Below, piece after piece: positions 36,401 to 48,600 of a stretch of DNA of 64,000 bases. The DNA is taken from contig NMRA01000030.1 of NCBI GenBank assembly GCA_002633005.1, forward strand, positions 1,337,801-1,401,800, in the 5' to 3' direction. Under the pieces are notes generated by a model. The model worked only from the letters and a program-made list of their open reading frames with translations, ran no database searches and had not been told where the DNA came from. The DNA is from Phoronis australis (lineage: Eukaryota > Animalia > Phoronida). The position numbers were made by a program, and so were the translations under genes. Position 1 is the first letter of the stretch, and each line of letters starts with the position of its first letter.

Positions 36401-39400
36401 AACAGTGCTCGACCCCCATTGGTGCTTGATGTTGACGATGACTATGATGTTGAAGCTTATGATTGTTATGGCAATGATGGTGATGGTAATGGTGATGATG
36501 TTGGTGATAATATGGATGACGATGGTGGTGTTGGTGGAGGTTAATGACGATGGTGGTGGTGGTGGAGGTAATAACGATGGTGGTGGTGGAGGTAATGACG
36601 ATGGTGGTGGTGGTGGTGGTGGTGGTAATGGCGATGGTGGTGGTGGAGGTAATGACGATGTCGATGAGTTTGGTGTTTTTATGGTTATGACGATGCCTGT
36701 CAGCCTTGATGACCATAATCATTACTACAACGGTGTGGTTATATTCTAATGATGGGGAGACATACGATAGGACAGAGATGATGAGTATAACGGATCACGA
36801 CAAACGAGGACGAGAAAGTACATGAACGTTCACATTTTATGACATATTTATTATAGTTTTTTTCTACAGTGTCACTGCCGCAGAAGTAAAACGTTTTACT
36901 AACCCAAATAGACAAGCCAAATCCAAAATTTCGTTGTAAATACAATGTCTTGATAGGTTTTTACCACAACCACCGTATTATTGTTTCTTTTTAACAGCGG
37001 TATTTTCTGGCTTCTTGGTTCGCGAAAAAGATGGAAAATTGTATCCGCGCCCACACTTACTACCGACGAAACAAAACTACGACAGCGCATTCGGCATTAA
37101 CCATCTCGGGCATTTCCTGCTCACAAACTTGCTTCTAGAGCTACTGAAGAAATCTGCTCCCAGCAGAATTATTGTCGTGAGTTCTGTGGGCCACCGTGTT
37201 GTTAAAGAAAGGCTGGATTTCCAAAATCCTGTCGACTCTGGAATTAAACGTCCACGTCTTGTTGGGTACCACATTAGCAAACTGGCGAATGTTTTACATG
37301 CAAAAGAATTGGCGCGGCGCTTGTATAGTAAGTAATTTTGACACTAACTGACGCGCTTAGACATTATAACTGACACTATCAGGAATCAATAAAGATTTGT
37401 TTTAATAAACTGTTCGGTATTTGGTGGCCTTCAGAAAAAATAATTAAGACGAAACTTAATAAATTACGAAGGCAATCTCTTGATCATCGCCTTGACGAAC
37501 TCCTGTAACGGTTCATCATGTTGAAATTGCACATTGTATTTATTTCTTGGATTACTTTCCAACGCACATGCACAATACGTTTTTATATCGGCAACGTTGT
37601 AGGTACGCATTCGCAGTTGACATTTGTGTTTACGAGGCCTCAACACTTAAAAGGATACCAAACCCTGTTTTGGCCTATTGACATCTATTAAAAAAGACTT
37701 ATCTATCCAATTGTCTGAAGTAAAATAATGGTCTGTAAGCTCCGACAACCCTCAAAAGTTTGACGGACATTTTGAAAACACTTTTCTAAATCTGCATGAA
37801 GTCACTATTTCGTTTACTTTCACCTGCTTAGATCATAAATTGAGCTTTTCCAATCGAAAGACATCACTAAAATTAACACTTTTCGTAAATTACAGCCATG
37901 TACATACTCTCGTTATTTTATTATTAATTTTTTAAAATTTATAAAAAGTGGGCGGACCTTCAGCCAAACCGCATTATTTATGCGGGGTTGCCAGTGGAAA
38001 GATTACTCATAATGCACACGAATTAGCTGACGGAAGAAAAACATCTCAAGCACAAACGTTCGAGGTGAGTTAGGTGTTTTGGGACTTCTTGTCGGCAAAA
38101 CAAGAAATTATAACGTACAGACTTTTGGAAATCACAGCTTGGTTTTTACTTGTGAACAACAAGATTAATTTGTTCTGAACCTCGGTTCTCTCAACTATTT
38201 CGATCGCTATCCAGAGTCATTCGAAGTCGACGTATCAGTGTACTACTACTTGTCTACATTATATAACATACAGCCTTGTGAGTTGTGTTCAATTTTAAAC
38301 CTGCAATCGAGCCTTAGTGATTCATGACTTCGCCGAGCTTGGTTGTTAACGTTTCCTCTTCTGGGAGATTATGTACAACTCGGAGGTGCACGATATCAGT
38401 TGCTTAAGAGAAATAAGTTCCCTGCATGACACTGTGATGTTCAATTTCCAGGTCCTGGGACTGGGTTTGCAATTATAGATCACTGGACCTAGTGCATGGG
38501 GTAGAAACGATTCCATGGCTGCATCTCTAAATTACAGTGGCGGATCTAGGATACCATAAAGGGGCCCAACATTTTGTCTTGGGCAATTGTGATTTACGAT
38601 TGAATGCGAGAACCCAACCCGAAAAATGGGGGGCTCGAATTTCTGGTCCTCGTACTACAGAGCTAACAGTGGACTAAAANCCCCCCCCCCCCCCCAAGCA
38701 ACATGTTAAGTACCGGGATTAATTAGTAGACTCAATATTTCCTCGCGCTCTTGCTGTTTTACTTCTTTTGCGGCAACCAAGGAGGGTCAGGAACTCTGGG
38801 CCCCCCCTAAATCCGCCTATGAATTAATCTACTATTCGCCAAAACCCAATCCTGAACCAAAAGATGATTTCAATGAAAAATCTGATAGTCATACAGTGGT
38901 TGTCTTTGTACTTGTTGGCAAATAAATCCTACAACAATACAAGTAAAAGTTATAAAAATTGTTGTTCTCGTTACTGTGAATGTAGTCAATGAATTACTCT
39001 CACTTTAGGGTCGAATCTGTCGCATGAATAAAATAAATAATTGATAGGATGTCAACCCCTATGAACCAGTTGTTGTTTATAATTCATTTACAAGAGACAA
39101 ATGTTCCTTATCAGATCTACAGTAATGCCGAAACCGCATGAAAATATATATTTACCAATGCTTTCAGGATTTCCAAGTGTTTTGCCTGGAGAAGGTGCAC
39201 TTGCCTTAGACAAACTGCAACGAAATGTGTTGACACTGAAGCCAGAGACTGATCAGAATGCGTCTAATTGACATCAGGCATACAGAAACTTTATCTTGGG
39301 GCAACAAGGACATCTTGGGAGACGTGTAGACTGGGTTGCCCAGTTGTGTTTGGACAAAAATATTTAAAGATTTATTGTGACATACAGGCTACACAATTTA

Positions 39401-42224
39401 TCTGAGCACTGAAACCTGCTTGTGCACAATTATTACTTTGTGAGATGAAAGCGCTTCACTAATCGCGTTGTCACCCGAGTAATTCTGTGATTCAAAGTGG
39501 GAGGTCTTCGCCACAACTTTATGTTGACTAACAAAAACATGAGTGTCAGATAACTTGTTCCAAACGTTTCAGCATTGGTCCAGTGGCTGTAATGTTAACT
39601 GTCAACCTCTTTTGACATTTTACCCTAAAAATTCATTATTAACATAAAGCGTTGTCTATATTTCCATTGCTACTCAACATTTCACTAATGCATTATTTAG
39701 GCGTCAAATGACTGAATTGCATGAGAATACTTCAATGGATTCTAAGAGCAAGAGAAATCTTTATCAGCCATTTTGAGGTATAAGTAGTAGGAGTGTGAGA
39801 ACTAGCCTGAAGATTTGCTCTTATTTTATGCCCCAGTGGTAAAATAGTAAAACGTCTCAGAATTTTATTATTTTATTATTATTTTCATTATTTTAACACC
39901 AGAATATCGTTTATAAAGGATTTAAACTGAGGTTGAATTGAAATATCTAAAACTTCAAATAAACCTCTGAAAAGTTTTAGACTAAGGTATTCTACCAGTG
40001 ATTTTGTACACAAAAGAGAGCATATGTGACGTAGTTTTAGCAGCATGTGCGTTGGCAACAAACGCAAATTTTAAGACAACTAAAGCAACAAATGTACAGA
40101 CATCACAACTGTCAGTGTGAACTTTTTATTTCTTTGTATGGTATAAATAGTCCATTTGGATTTTGACTTGCAACAAGAACCTAGAGCATTCTTAAATTAG
40201 TTACCGTCATGTAGGTCAACATGCCCTAATTTCAAAAAACCAGTCTTGGATTGAACTTTTCAAAATAATGTTTCATAGCTAGACTAGGACAACAACTTCA
40301 AAAAATAAACCTTACTCAGAAGGACACCAAACCCGTTTTTGGCCTATTAAAAGATACTAAAAGCGACTTCCCACCTAGTTCTCTGGAACAAATTAATGCT
40401 CTGTAACCATCGACAACCCTCAAAACTTGGAGGAAATTTTCAAAAGTATGGATACCATAGCTGTAACAAAAGTAATTGCGCCACGGACATCAGTTGATGA
40501 CTTACCTGTCGAGCAAAATCTTTCCTAACTGAGAACGTGTAATAGTCATCTGGGATCGCAGATAAGTCCAGCACCCAAACTGATCTTCATTTCAAATTTT
40601 ACGGCGGTAATAGTCAACTCGAGGACGCTTAGCAAGCCGTTTCAACGGAGGACGACCTATCTTATGCCGAACACCTGCCATTACGTGTTTGGTATGCGTG
40701 AACTTGAATTTTGCTTAATCTGAAGATCGCGTATGCGTGAGCTCATAATTAAATACACATTAAAGAAATCTGGTGAATATTTTGTTCAATGTAGATCATT
40801 TTTGTTATTATTGGTTCCAAAAGCACTAATTTCACCTGTTAATGAATTATAGTAGCTTGAACGTGATTATTTGAGTGGGTATTCCAAGTTCATGTAGGCT
40901 CATGTACGATCTTGAGATTATTAACCAAAACTCCAAGTTCATATTTGACACTCGGATCTTCGATTGACACTTCGCCCGGCATCCATTTATTTCTTGGTGC
41001 ACCACACCAAAACTAAAAATTAAGCTAAAAGATCTGTATTAAATTCAGTTCTTTATGAAAAAATTCTATGTCTCGGCGAAGACTATTATTTGGGCTTAGG
41101 TTTCGAATAAAAGTGTTTGCGTAAAGATCCGTTTCATGAAGTTTTTAACAAAAATGAAGCGGAAATAGTGCCTTTAACGGGCAAGGCTTTACGCTTTTAG
41201 CGAATTTCACGGCAACTCTGGGGAAATACCACCCACCAAGAACCATAATACTCAATCTGTGACATAGAGAGTATGACATTTTAGCTTGATTCCTGCTTTT
41301 ATCGCTCAAGATAGACGCCAATTATGCATTAGCAGGTGACAGAACGAGGAACGCTTCATCAAAACAGGGTTAAGTATCCTTTTAAAAGAGCATTTCGCCA
41401 TCTTTAACTGGCTACGAAGAATCTTAACTATTTACCGAGACAGGAGTATATTTCCGTATATCCAGTATCTAAACCATCAGCGAAACGCTTCAGAATTCAT
41501 TCGGGGGTGATCAACCCTAACATGCGAATTCTGAAATGGTGCATGTCCTCCTTGCACGTGACTTGAGTTGGTAGCAGAAATAGAGCATGAATATTGTGAG
41601 ATTAATTGTTAAGAGAGCGTAATTCGTTTTTAGCCAGCTGAACTGGGCGATAATATATCAGTTCTGATTCCCAGCTTATGTCCGTGTCTAAATGTCTTCG
41701 TGATGGACTTTCAGAAACCGGCGTGACAACGTATGCTGTAAACCCAGGAGCAGTTTTCAGTGACGTTGCGTTACGTAACAGAAAAAATTACGGTTATTCG
41801 TTGTTGAGCGCGTTGATCACTACATATTTGGCAAAGTAAGTAAATATATTGATTACATTCTATATACTTTGCATTCCAGTGAGTATTGCAAGGAATTTAT
41901 GGGATTTTCTGAGTGACACTTATGGACAGGAAGAAACTCCCAGTAACTCTTTTTACAGGTTTATAAATTGCTTCAACATTGTGACAGAGCTCTGAGTTAT
42001 TCTGTTTGTTTTTTGTGAATTCAACTTTTTTAAACTACAGATTTGCGCAACTGACACCCAAGGAGGGGGCGCAGACAATATTGTATTGTGCGCTGGACGA
42101 AAAGGTGGCGGTCGAAAGTGGAAAGTATTACGATGGCTGCGAAGAGAAAGCTGCGGGCCCTTTGGCGCAGGACGAATCACTTGCGCGCCGCCTGTGGCAA
42201 GAGAGTGAACTAATGGTGGAATAA
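33408..42224 (+). CDS. Retinol dehydrogenase 11/12/13/14-like short-chain dehydrogenase/reductase, six exons
   Basis: Exons 33408-33570, 34859-34975, 35478-35603, 36998-37327, 41715-41835 and 42041-42224, all GT-AG and phase-compatible. N-terminal hydrophobic anchor, TGGNAGVG, DLLINNA, NHLGHFLLT, YHISK (YxxxK), NPGAV, TPKEGAQT and ARRLWQES. Confidence 0.92.
35138..35237. mobile_element. 100-bp MITE
   Basis: TIR ggtagagttcagtaac / gttactgaactctacc; a related degenerate copy lies at ~43485-43619. Confidence 0.55.
36425..36715. repeat. (GAT/GGT)n low-complexity microsatellite in SDR intron 3
   Basis: Degenerate GAT/GGT triplet runs. Confidence 0.85.
38535..38821. mobile_element. CAGTGGCGGAT-type MITE with 5-bp TSD
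   Basis: Ends cagtggcggat / atccgcctatg; TSD AATTA. Confidence 0.65.
39168..39395 (+). pseudogene. Decayed exon of a P2X7 C-terminal/nanor-like (KolX) protein
   Basis: After acceptor tttcag: DFQVFCL/EGALAL...DQNASN*HQAYRNFILGQQGHLGRRV/LPSCVWTKI...HTGY, matching the RHxAYRxFxxWxxGxLGxxxRxxxPSC motif with a stop and frameshifts. Confidence 0.7.
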
Positions 42225-42678
42225 AAATGCAGTTCAGAAAACATAAGAGAAAAGACGCTACCTAGGAACAGGAACTATTGTGAAATTTTGTTATTTATTG
42301 GCAACTATGCCAAGAGCGGACCCGTAAAATAATTTAAATCACTGTTACACACAAAAGCACTATTATTATAATGAACAAGTCAACATTTACGAAATCCTTT
42401 CATATGTAAACGCGCTTATATTTTGCTATACTCATGTCCCCTCTATCTAAATATATTAATAAATATTTACATAGTGAAATATTATTATCACCCTGTATAT
42501 GATTTACAATTCTTGTTTCACTCTCCAATAACAGTTGACGTGTTCCAACAAAAAGGATGACGTTTTCTTGACGTCCAGTGATTCCTCATCTCACTCTTGA
42601 CATGCCAGATTCAGTTGAAAATAGGACACGTTGATACAGATACGCCATATTTATATGTCAGTACTTTCAAAGAATTGT

Positions 42679-45600
42679 TTATTTCTCAATCTCCGCTAGT
42701 TCAGCGTCCAAGTCTAGGTCAGCTGTCACGTCTAAACCGTCTGTGTCAATATCTGCAAGAAGATCGTCTCCGAGCGTTTCGTCTTCAATCAGGAAATTTT
42801 CGCTGTCATCTTCAGTTATCTCGAGGGCGTCTTCTGCATCATTTGTCAAGATGGCGTCGTTCTCTTTGATGTCATCTGAAAGATATAATATTGGCAAGTT
42901 GTCTTGGACGACCTTTTGCTCGTTGATAAAAGAGAATAAGCAACCACAAATACTTTCACAAAATTGAGCTAAAGAGCAGACACTTGCTCGTAATTTGGAT
43001 TGTCGTTCGATAAGCTTCAACGAAGTATTTTTTCCAGCACAAATACACAATGCGAGCATTATTTTTACTTGACAAGCAAAGCATAGCCTACAAAATCGGT
43101 CTACGGTTTTATCAGGTCATATTGTTAACCTTCGCTGGAAGCCCATACAAGCAGCTTTTTGGTCTAAATGTGACATATCGCAAGTGAAAAGATAGAGACG
43201 TAGCGTGGGCTACAGGTATAAACATCGTGGGGTTCAATTTGGCCTAAATTTTGCATATCAAAACATTAGCTTTGATGGTATCAATGCCCAGAGAAGTAAA
43301 CATAGTGTAAATGTTATCGAATATGACATGGATGATAGGCCATTTTTTGCAACATTTCCGACAATTCTGTATTTTGTTTCGACTGCAATGATGACCAGGT
43401 GACCCCATTTTTATTCTTGAGCCCACTATTTCAAATACACACGACCACGGTAGAGCATGTGTGGAAGTGTGACAGAAACCAAGATAGAGTTCAGTAGCTG
43501 TCCCGCGGCGAGAAAAATCTAGCTTAAATTACGAGCTGTCATTGAAAATAAACGGCGATATCACACAGAATTTCGCGAGATCCTACATTTCTAGTGAGGT
43601 ACTTGTGTTATTGAACTCGATTCTATCGTTGGCCAAATGATTGAATACTACGCACATAAATTCCTTGCGTAAGTTAATTCTCTTAGAGGCGTATTAAGTA
43701 ATCATTTAGAGGAGTAAAGTAACTTTTAAGTTTGTAAAGTAATTATTTTCAGCGCAAGGAAATTATTTGCGGCGCAAAGTAATTATTTGCGGCGTACTTC
43801 ATTTCGCAAATAATTACTTTACGCCATTAAAAGTTACTTTACGCCACAAATAAATATTTTACGCCTCTAATGAAAATTAACTTACGCACGTAATTTACGT
43901 GCGTAACGTTCACCTATTTGGCCAACGATAAGATCCCCATATAGTGAACTAGTCAATTTGACCAACAATACGATCCCTGTATAGTGAACTAGTCAATTAG
44001 GTCAACGATGCGATACCTGTATAGTGAACTAGTTAATTTGGCCAACGATTCGATCCCTGTATAGTGAATTAGTCATTTGGCGAACGATACGATCCCTGTA
44101 TAGTGAACTAGTCAATTTGGCCAACGATACGATCCCTGTACAGTGAACTAGACAATTTGGTCAACGATGCGATCCCTGTATGGTGAACTAGTCAATTTGG
44201 CCAACGATACGATCCCTGTATAGTGAACTAGTCAATTTGGCTAACAATGCGGTCCCTGTATAGTGAACTGGTCAATTTGGCCAACGATGCAATCCCTGTG
44301 TAGTGAACTAGTCAATTTGGCCAACGATGCGATCCCCATATGGTGAACTAGTCAATTTGACCAACAATACGATCCCTGTATAGTGAACTAGTCAATTAGG
44401 TCAACGATACGATACCTGTATAGTGAACTAGTCAATTTGGCCAACGATGCGATCCCTGTGTAGTGAACTAGTCAATTTGGCCGACGATACGATCCCTGTA
44501 TAGTGAACTAGTTAATTAGGCCAACGATACGATCCCTGTATAGTGAACTTGTCAATTTGGCCAACGATTCGATCCCTGTATAGTGAACTAGTCAATTTGG
44601 CCAACGATACGATCCCTGTATAGTGAACTAGTCAATTTGGCCAAAGATACGATCTCTGTATAGTGAACTAGCAACGCTCTATGTAGACCCGGAAATAAAG
44701 TAGACATTTCTCTTAAAGTAACAAGTAAATGGAGAAGACAGCTGGATAATACTTTCTTTGATGTTTTGGAGTTATTCGGACATAGATATTTGTAATTAGT
44801 TGCGCAGTTATATCATATCCCTCAGATCTTGGCATCGCTGGTCAGCTGATGTCGGGGTGATTGGTGAAAGTGATAAGTTGCAATTGTAATGAAATAATTA
44901 AACTCTCGTTTCATTGTATCAATTGCTAACTCACATGATGAATGCTGATTCTGAGATGGCCTTCGTGAAAACGCTGCCGACCTTGCAATGTAGGCCTACT
45001 GGATTCACACAAACAACATCGACAGTCACAGCTATGCGCTCCAAAACTGAGCTAGATGTTTCTCAGGAAGTAACATGAGTTTGTTACAATCCCGAGTGTG
45101 TTGCAAATTCAACCTCTTGACAGTGACGCTATTCGATATGATTCAAGAGACCGTCCACTCCCGTCCACTTGCATTTACATATTTACATGTACGCAGGGAA
45201 CGCACGTGAATCGGTTAGTTTACTCCACCAAATTAAATTAAATATTCAACTGAGATGGTGCACGAAACTGTGATTTCAAATATTGTGTCATCCGGCAGAC
45301 ATTTTTGCACGACATTTGGCTGCGGGAACCCGCTGAGAATCTCATTAATAAGACTATTGAATGGAGCTAATCTGCTTACGGATGGGTTGAAGGCACATGC
45401 ATGCGTGAACAGCGTGAAAATGAATTACCCTTTGTGGACGAATAAGTGGCGCCATGAAACGGCAGAATTTTATGATTTGGGACTGCAGCTTTAGTCTATA
45501 GGATATCAAATGTCTTTTATAATCCAGGTGAAGTTCGAAATAGCAGAGGATGCAAAACGTTTTAATACTGAAACCGGTGTCCAAGAGCCAGCCCGTTCGG

Positions 45601-48600
45601 GAACAAGACAGTGCCTCTGATTGGAGCACTGCTGAGACCGCTGGGGGGGCATGTAAGAAAGGGAACACAGGTTTGTTAATTTGGTACCTGTAGTTGGCGC
45701 AACTTTGTTGGATTTAAGAGAGGCCAACGAGCCGAGTAGTTGAGACTCGGACAGTTTCTGCCTTGATGCCGGCCGGGATGTAGGCTGAGACTCCACATCT
45801 ATGCTGTCCATTTGATCATGTTTGATGATCTTCGCCTTATGCTCTTCAACTTCCTCCTCATACTCTTCCTCTCCTTCGCCACAACAAGCGTCAGTACAGC
45901 CGGCTAAATTGGCTCGCAGGATCTGGTGGAAAACAACACAAATACAGTATTCGAAGACTAAGAGCTCTTCAAAGAAGCCGTTTCATAACAATTCGAAAAT
46001 AAAAAGACGTGGGAATAATTGTAATGCATTTTCACGCATGAAAGTGGACCCAGATAGCATCACTACGTTGGGCCGACGTGCCATTCGTACGTTGGCTCGA
46101 GGTCGGTAGGTCGCGGTCGGTTTTTTGACGTTGGTCCGACGTTGGTCGGCGGTCTACGAGATACTGCCTTTAAAAGCCCGTTTTGCACTTCCAAGTAAAT
46201 TCGGCGCTTGCGATACTATTTTATTAGAGTCACAGTGTATAAGTCAACCTATTTGTCCTACTTTGAGTAGGCCTATTGTTCAGCTGTCGGACCAAGATTG
46301 GCTCAGCGTCGGGCACGTTTGACATTGGGCCGACGCGGGTGCGACGCCGGCTGCGAGATATCATATTTGTGCTGAAAATCCGACGTCGGCCCCAACGTCG
46401 TGTCGTTGTCAAAGTGTAGGTCCATTTAATAGCGTCAAATTAAAAAAGGAAATAAAAAATCCGTTTAGGATTCAGAAAAACATATACTGCCGTGCCCATG
46501 TAAGCATTTCATTTCAGCCGGAGCCCAGCAGGGGTGGGGGAGGGCACCACCCGCTGCCGGTCTTTGTTCTCTCTGAGTCGTGAGTCGTTTTCTTCACACC
46601 AAATAATTGGTAGTCATTGGTTAAACACTCTCTAATTTCCAAACAGTGTAATCTTTCACAGAATTTTCCACCGTTCAAACTATTCCCGGCACGCGGCCCG
46701 GGAGTGGCTGCGGTCGGAAAGTTAACTTTTCTTCAACAGGTGTCGCTGACCAGCTAATCGGAAATTGAGTTCAAGCGCAAAACCGTTAAAAGAGAATGCC
46801 ACCCGATTTAATTAGTCTTTTTTACCGTCGTAATCGGTCTTTATCCACATCGCCTCTTATACGGTCGACCTCACCTTGCCGAGAGGTGCTGCGTTAACCT
46901 GTGAGGAAGCTGAGAAGCGACGCAGCGACGTCAGTGGTTCGTCTGCAGAGTGAATGCCGCTATACTGCGGTGCATCGGTTCCCGCTTGGCCGAACTATGA
47001 ATCTGCGAAGAAAGCGGCTATATCGTTTTTTCGACTTCCTCGAGAGCCCGAAATGCTTAGGAAATAGCTCGCGGTAGTGGAGAATGAAAGGTATGCTGTT
47101 AATAGCAAGTATGAGGCCGTGAAACATCTTCGTGTCTGTGGCCGGCATTTCGTCGGCAGTGATTTCTCTGACGAATTCCGGCTTACCAAAGAACTACCCA
47201 TACGTTCCGTTGCTTATGCATGTTCACGGCGCCTCGCTAGTATTTCTTGACCAGTGTATTCCGGTTCGAAATGATAGGCTGTGAAACCTAACGATGCGAC
47301 CCGTGAAGTCTTTGTCAGATGAGCTATTGACTAAGTCGGGATTGGCGCCGGGCGAGTTTCCATATAAACGTTTGTTATGCGTTCTGTTTCAAAATGAATT
47401 ATTCTCATCCTAAAATGATCCTAACCAATGCTTATATGATACTGACACAAAGCCTGTCTCATTAGATACAATTTGTAATGCCTTTGAGTGCTCGTGAGTG
47501 CAAATGTTTTGAGAAGTCAGCAACGAATAAACCATTGCGTTACCGGCTTTTGATGTCAGCAACAAAGGTGATTGACCGGGCACCGAGGCCGTGTAAGCGC
47601 ATGCTAATTCAGTGTTTGCTCACAGAAAGCTGTTATGAAACAACTACTCCATTTTATATGCTATTGTCACATGTTAGGGGAATCTTTATTTACAAATACA
47701 AATACATTATCCAAATCATTGTTACTGTACAACCTTTGCCCTGACGGTCTGTGGAAGGGGAACCCGACTTCGCGGACCCCGACAAGTAAGTAGACTTACA
47801 GTTTCGTCACGGGCTAATTCACATAAATAATTACGTGCACATTATTTCTTTGGCTCACTAATATTGTCTTTCCGTGACTGGAAGTTTAGTTTCCAACTCA
47901 AGCTGGTTTATGTTCGTGCAAGTCCCGGCGGCCGTGACGGGCCTGATCGCGTTCCGAGCCACTGGCCGGGATAACAAGCGTTTTGTGTGTTTACAACTCA
48001 AAAAATCACAAGTATAAACAACACAGATCTAGGTTCTCCTGTCTGTATTTCACGGAGGAATACTTCAGTAAATCCGTAACAGCGAAATAAAACAACACGT
48101 TTTGATAAGAACTCGGTGTATTTTTAAGGCTTTTATATCGAAATTTGATGACTTATTGGTGTTAAACGATGAATTCAAGCGATAAGTTGACACCACCAAC
48201 CCATGTTGTGAACTGCTGAACAGACTGCGTGTGAAACCAATTACGTCATCGGATAATTTCAACATCTCCGTCTGCCGTCAGGTGTCAGGTAACGCAACCG
48301 AACCTGCCGTGATGGAGTAGAACCACTCGATCTAAATTGATACAAAATAGGTTGTTTTTTGGGTGGCATTCTCCTTTAAATTCGTACTGATATGTTTCAA
48401 TCTGGTCAAATTTTAACAAGTTTTTTAGAAATTTTATACTGCTTGGGCCCTAGTCTTATGAAGACTCTGTGTTGAGAGACTTCTTCTTCAACTTACATTA
48501 AATTCTTAGGCAATTGAAAGAAATGCATTGTTACAGTTGCTAAAATTGCTTTAAATTCCAGTGCTCTATATTCCATAGTCTGATTAACATTCTGTTTTTC

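Larger units (their letters stand above)
37651..41381. mobile_element. 3.7-kb decayed Kolobok-like element in SDR intron 4
   Basis: TTAA on both sides; TIR aaggataccaaaccctgttttg / caaaacagggttaagtatcctt (20/22 match). A KolX-like remnant lies inside, and a second left-end-like segment starts at 40320. Confidence 0.7.

Noticed and set aside
36354-36749. Thr/His-rich and Gly/Met-rich ORFs
   Set aside because: They are translations of a GAT/GGT microsatellite in an intron.
43916-44672. CRISPR-like appearance of the 40-bp array
   Set aside because: Units are contiguous with no unique spacers, there are no cas genes, and the context is a eukaryotic intron.
45577-45640. Possible extra small exon of the lectin gene (AVSAVLQSEAL...)
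   Set aside because: It would need a ~47-nt intron and a weak donor; the model is in frame without it.
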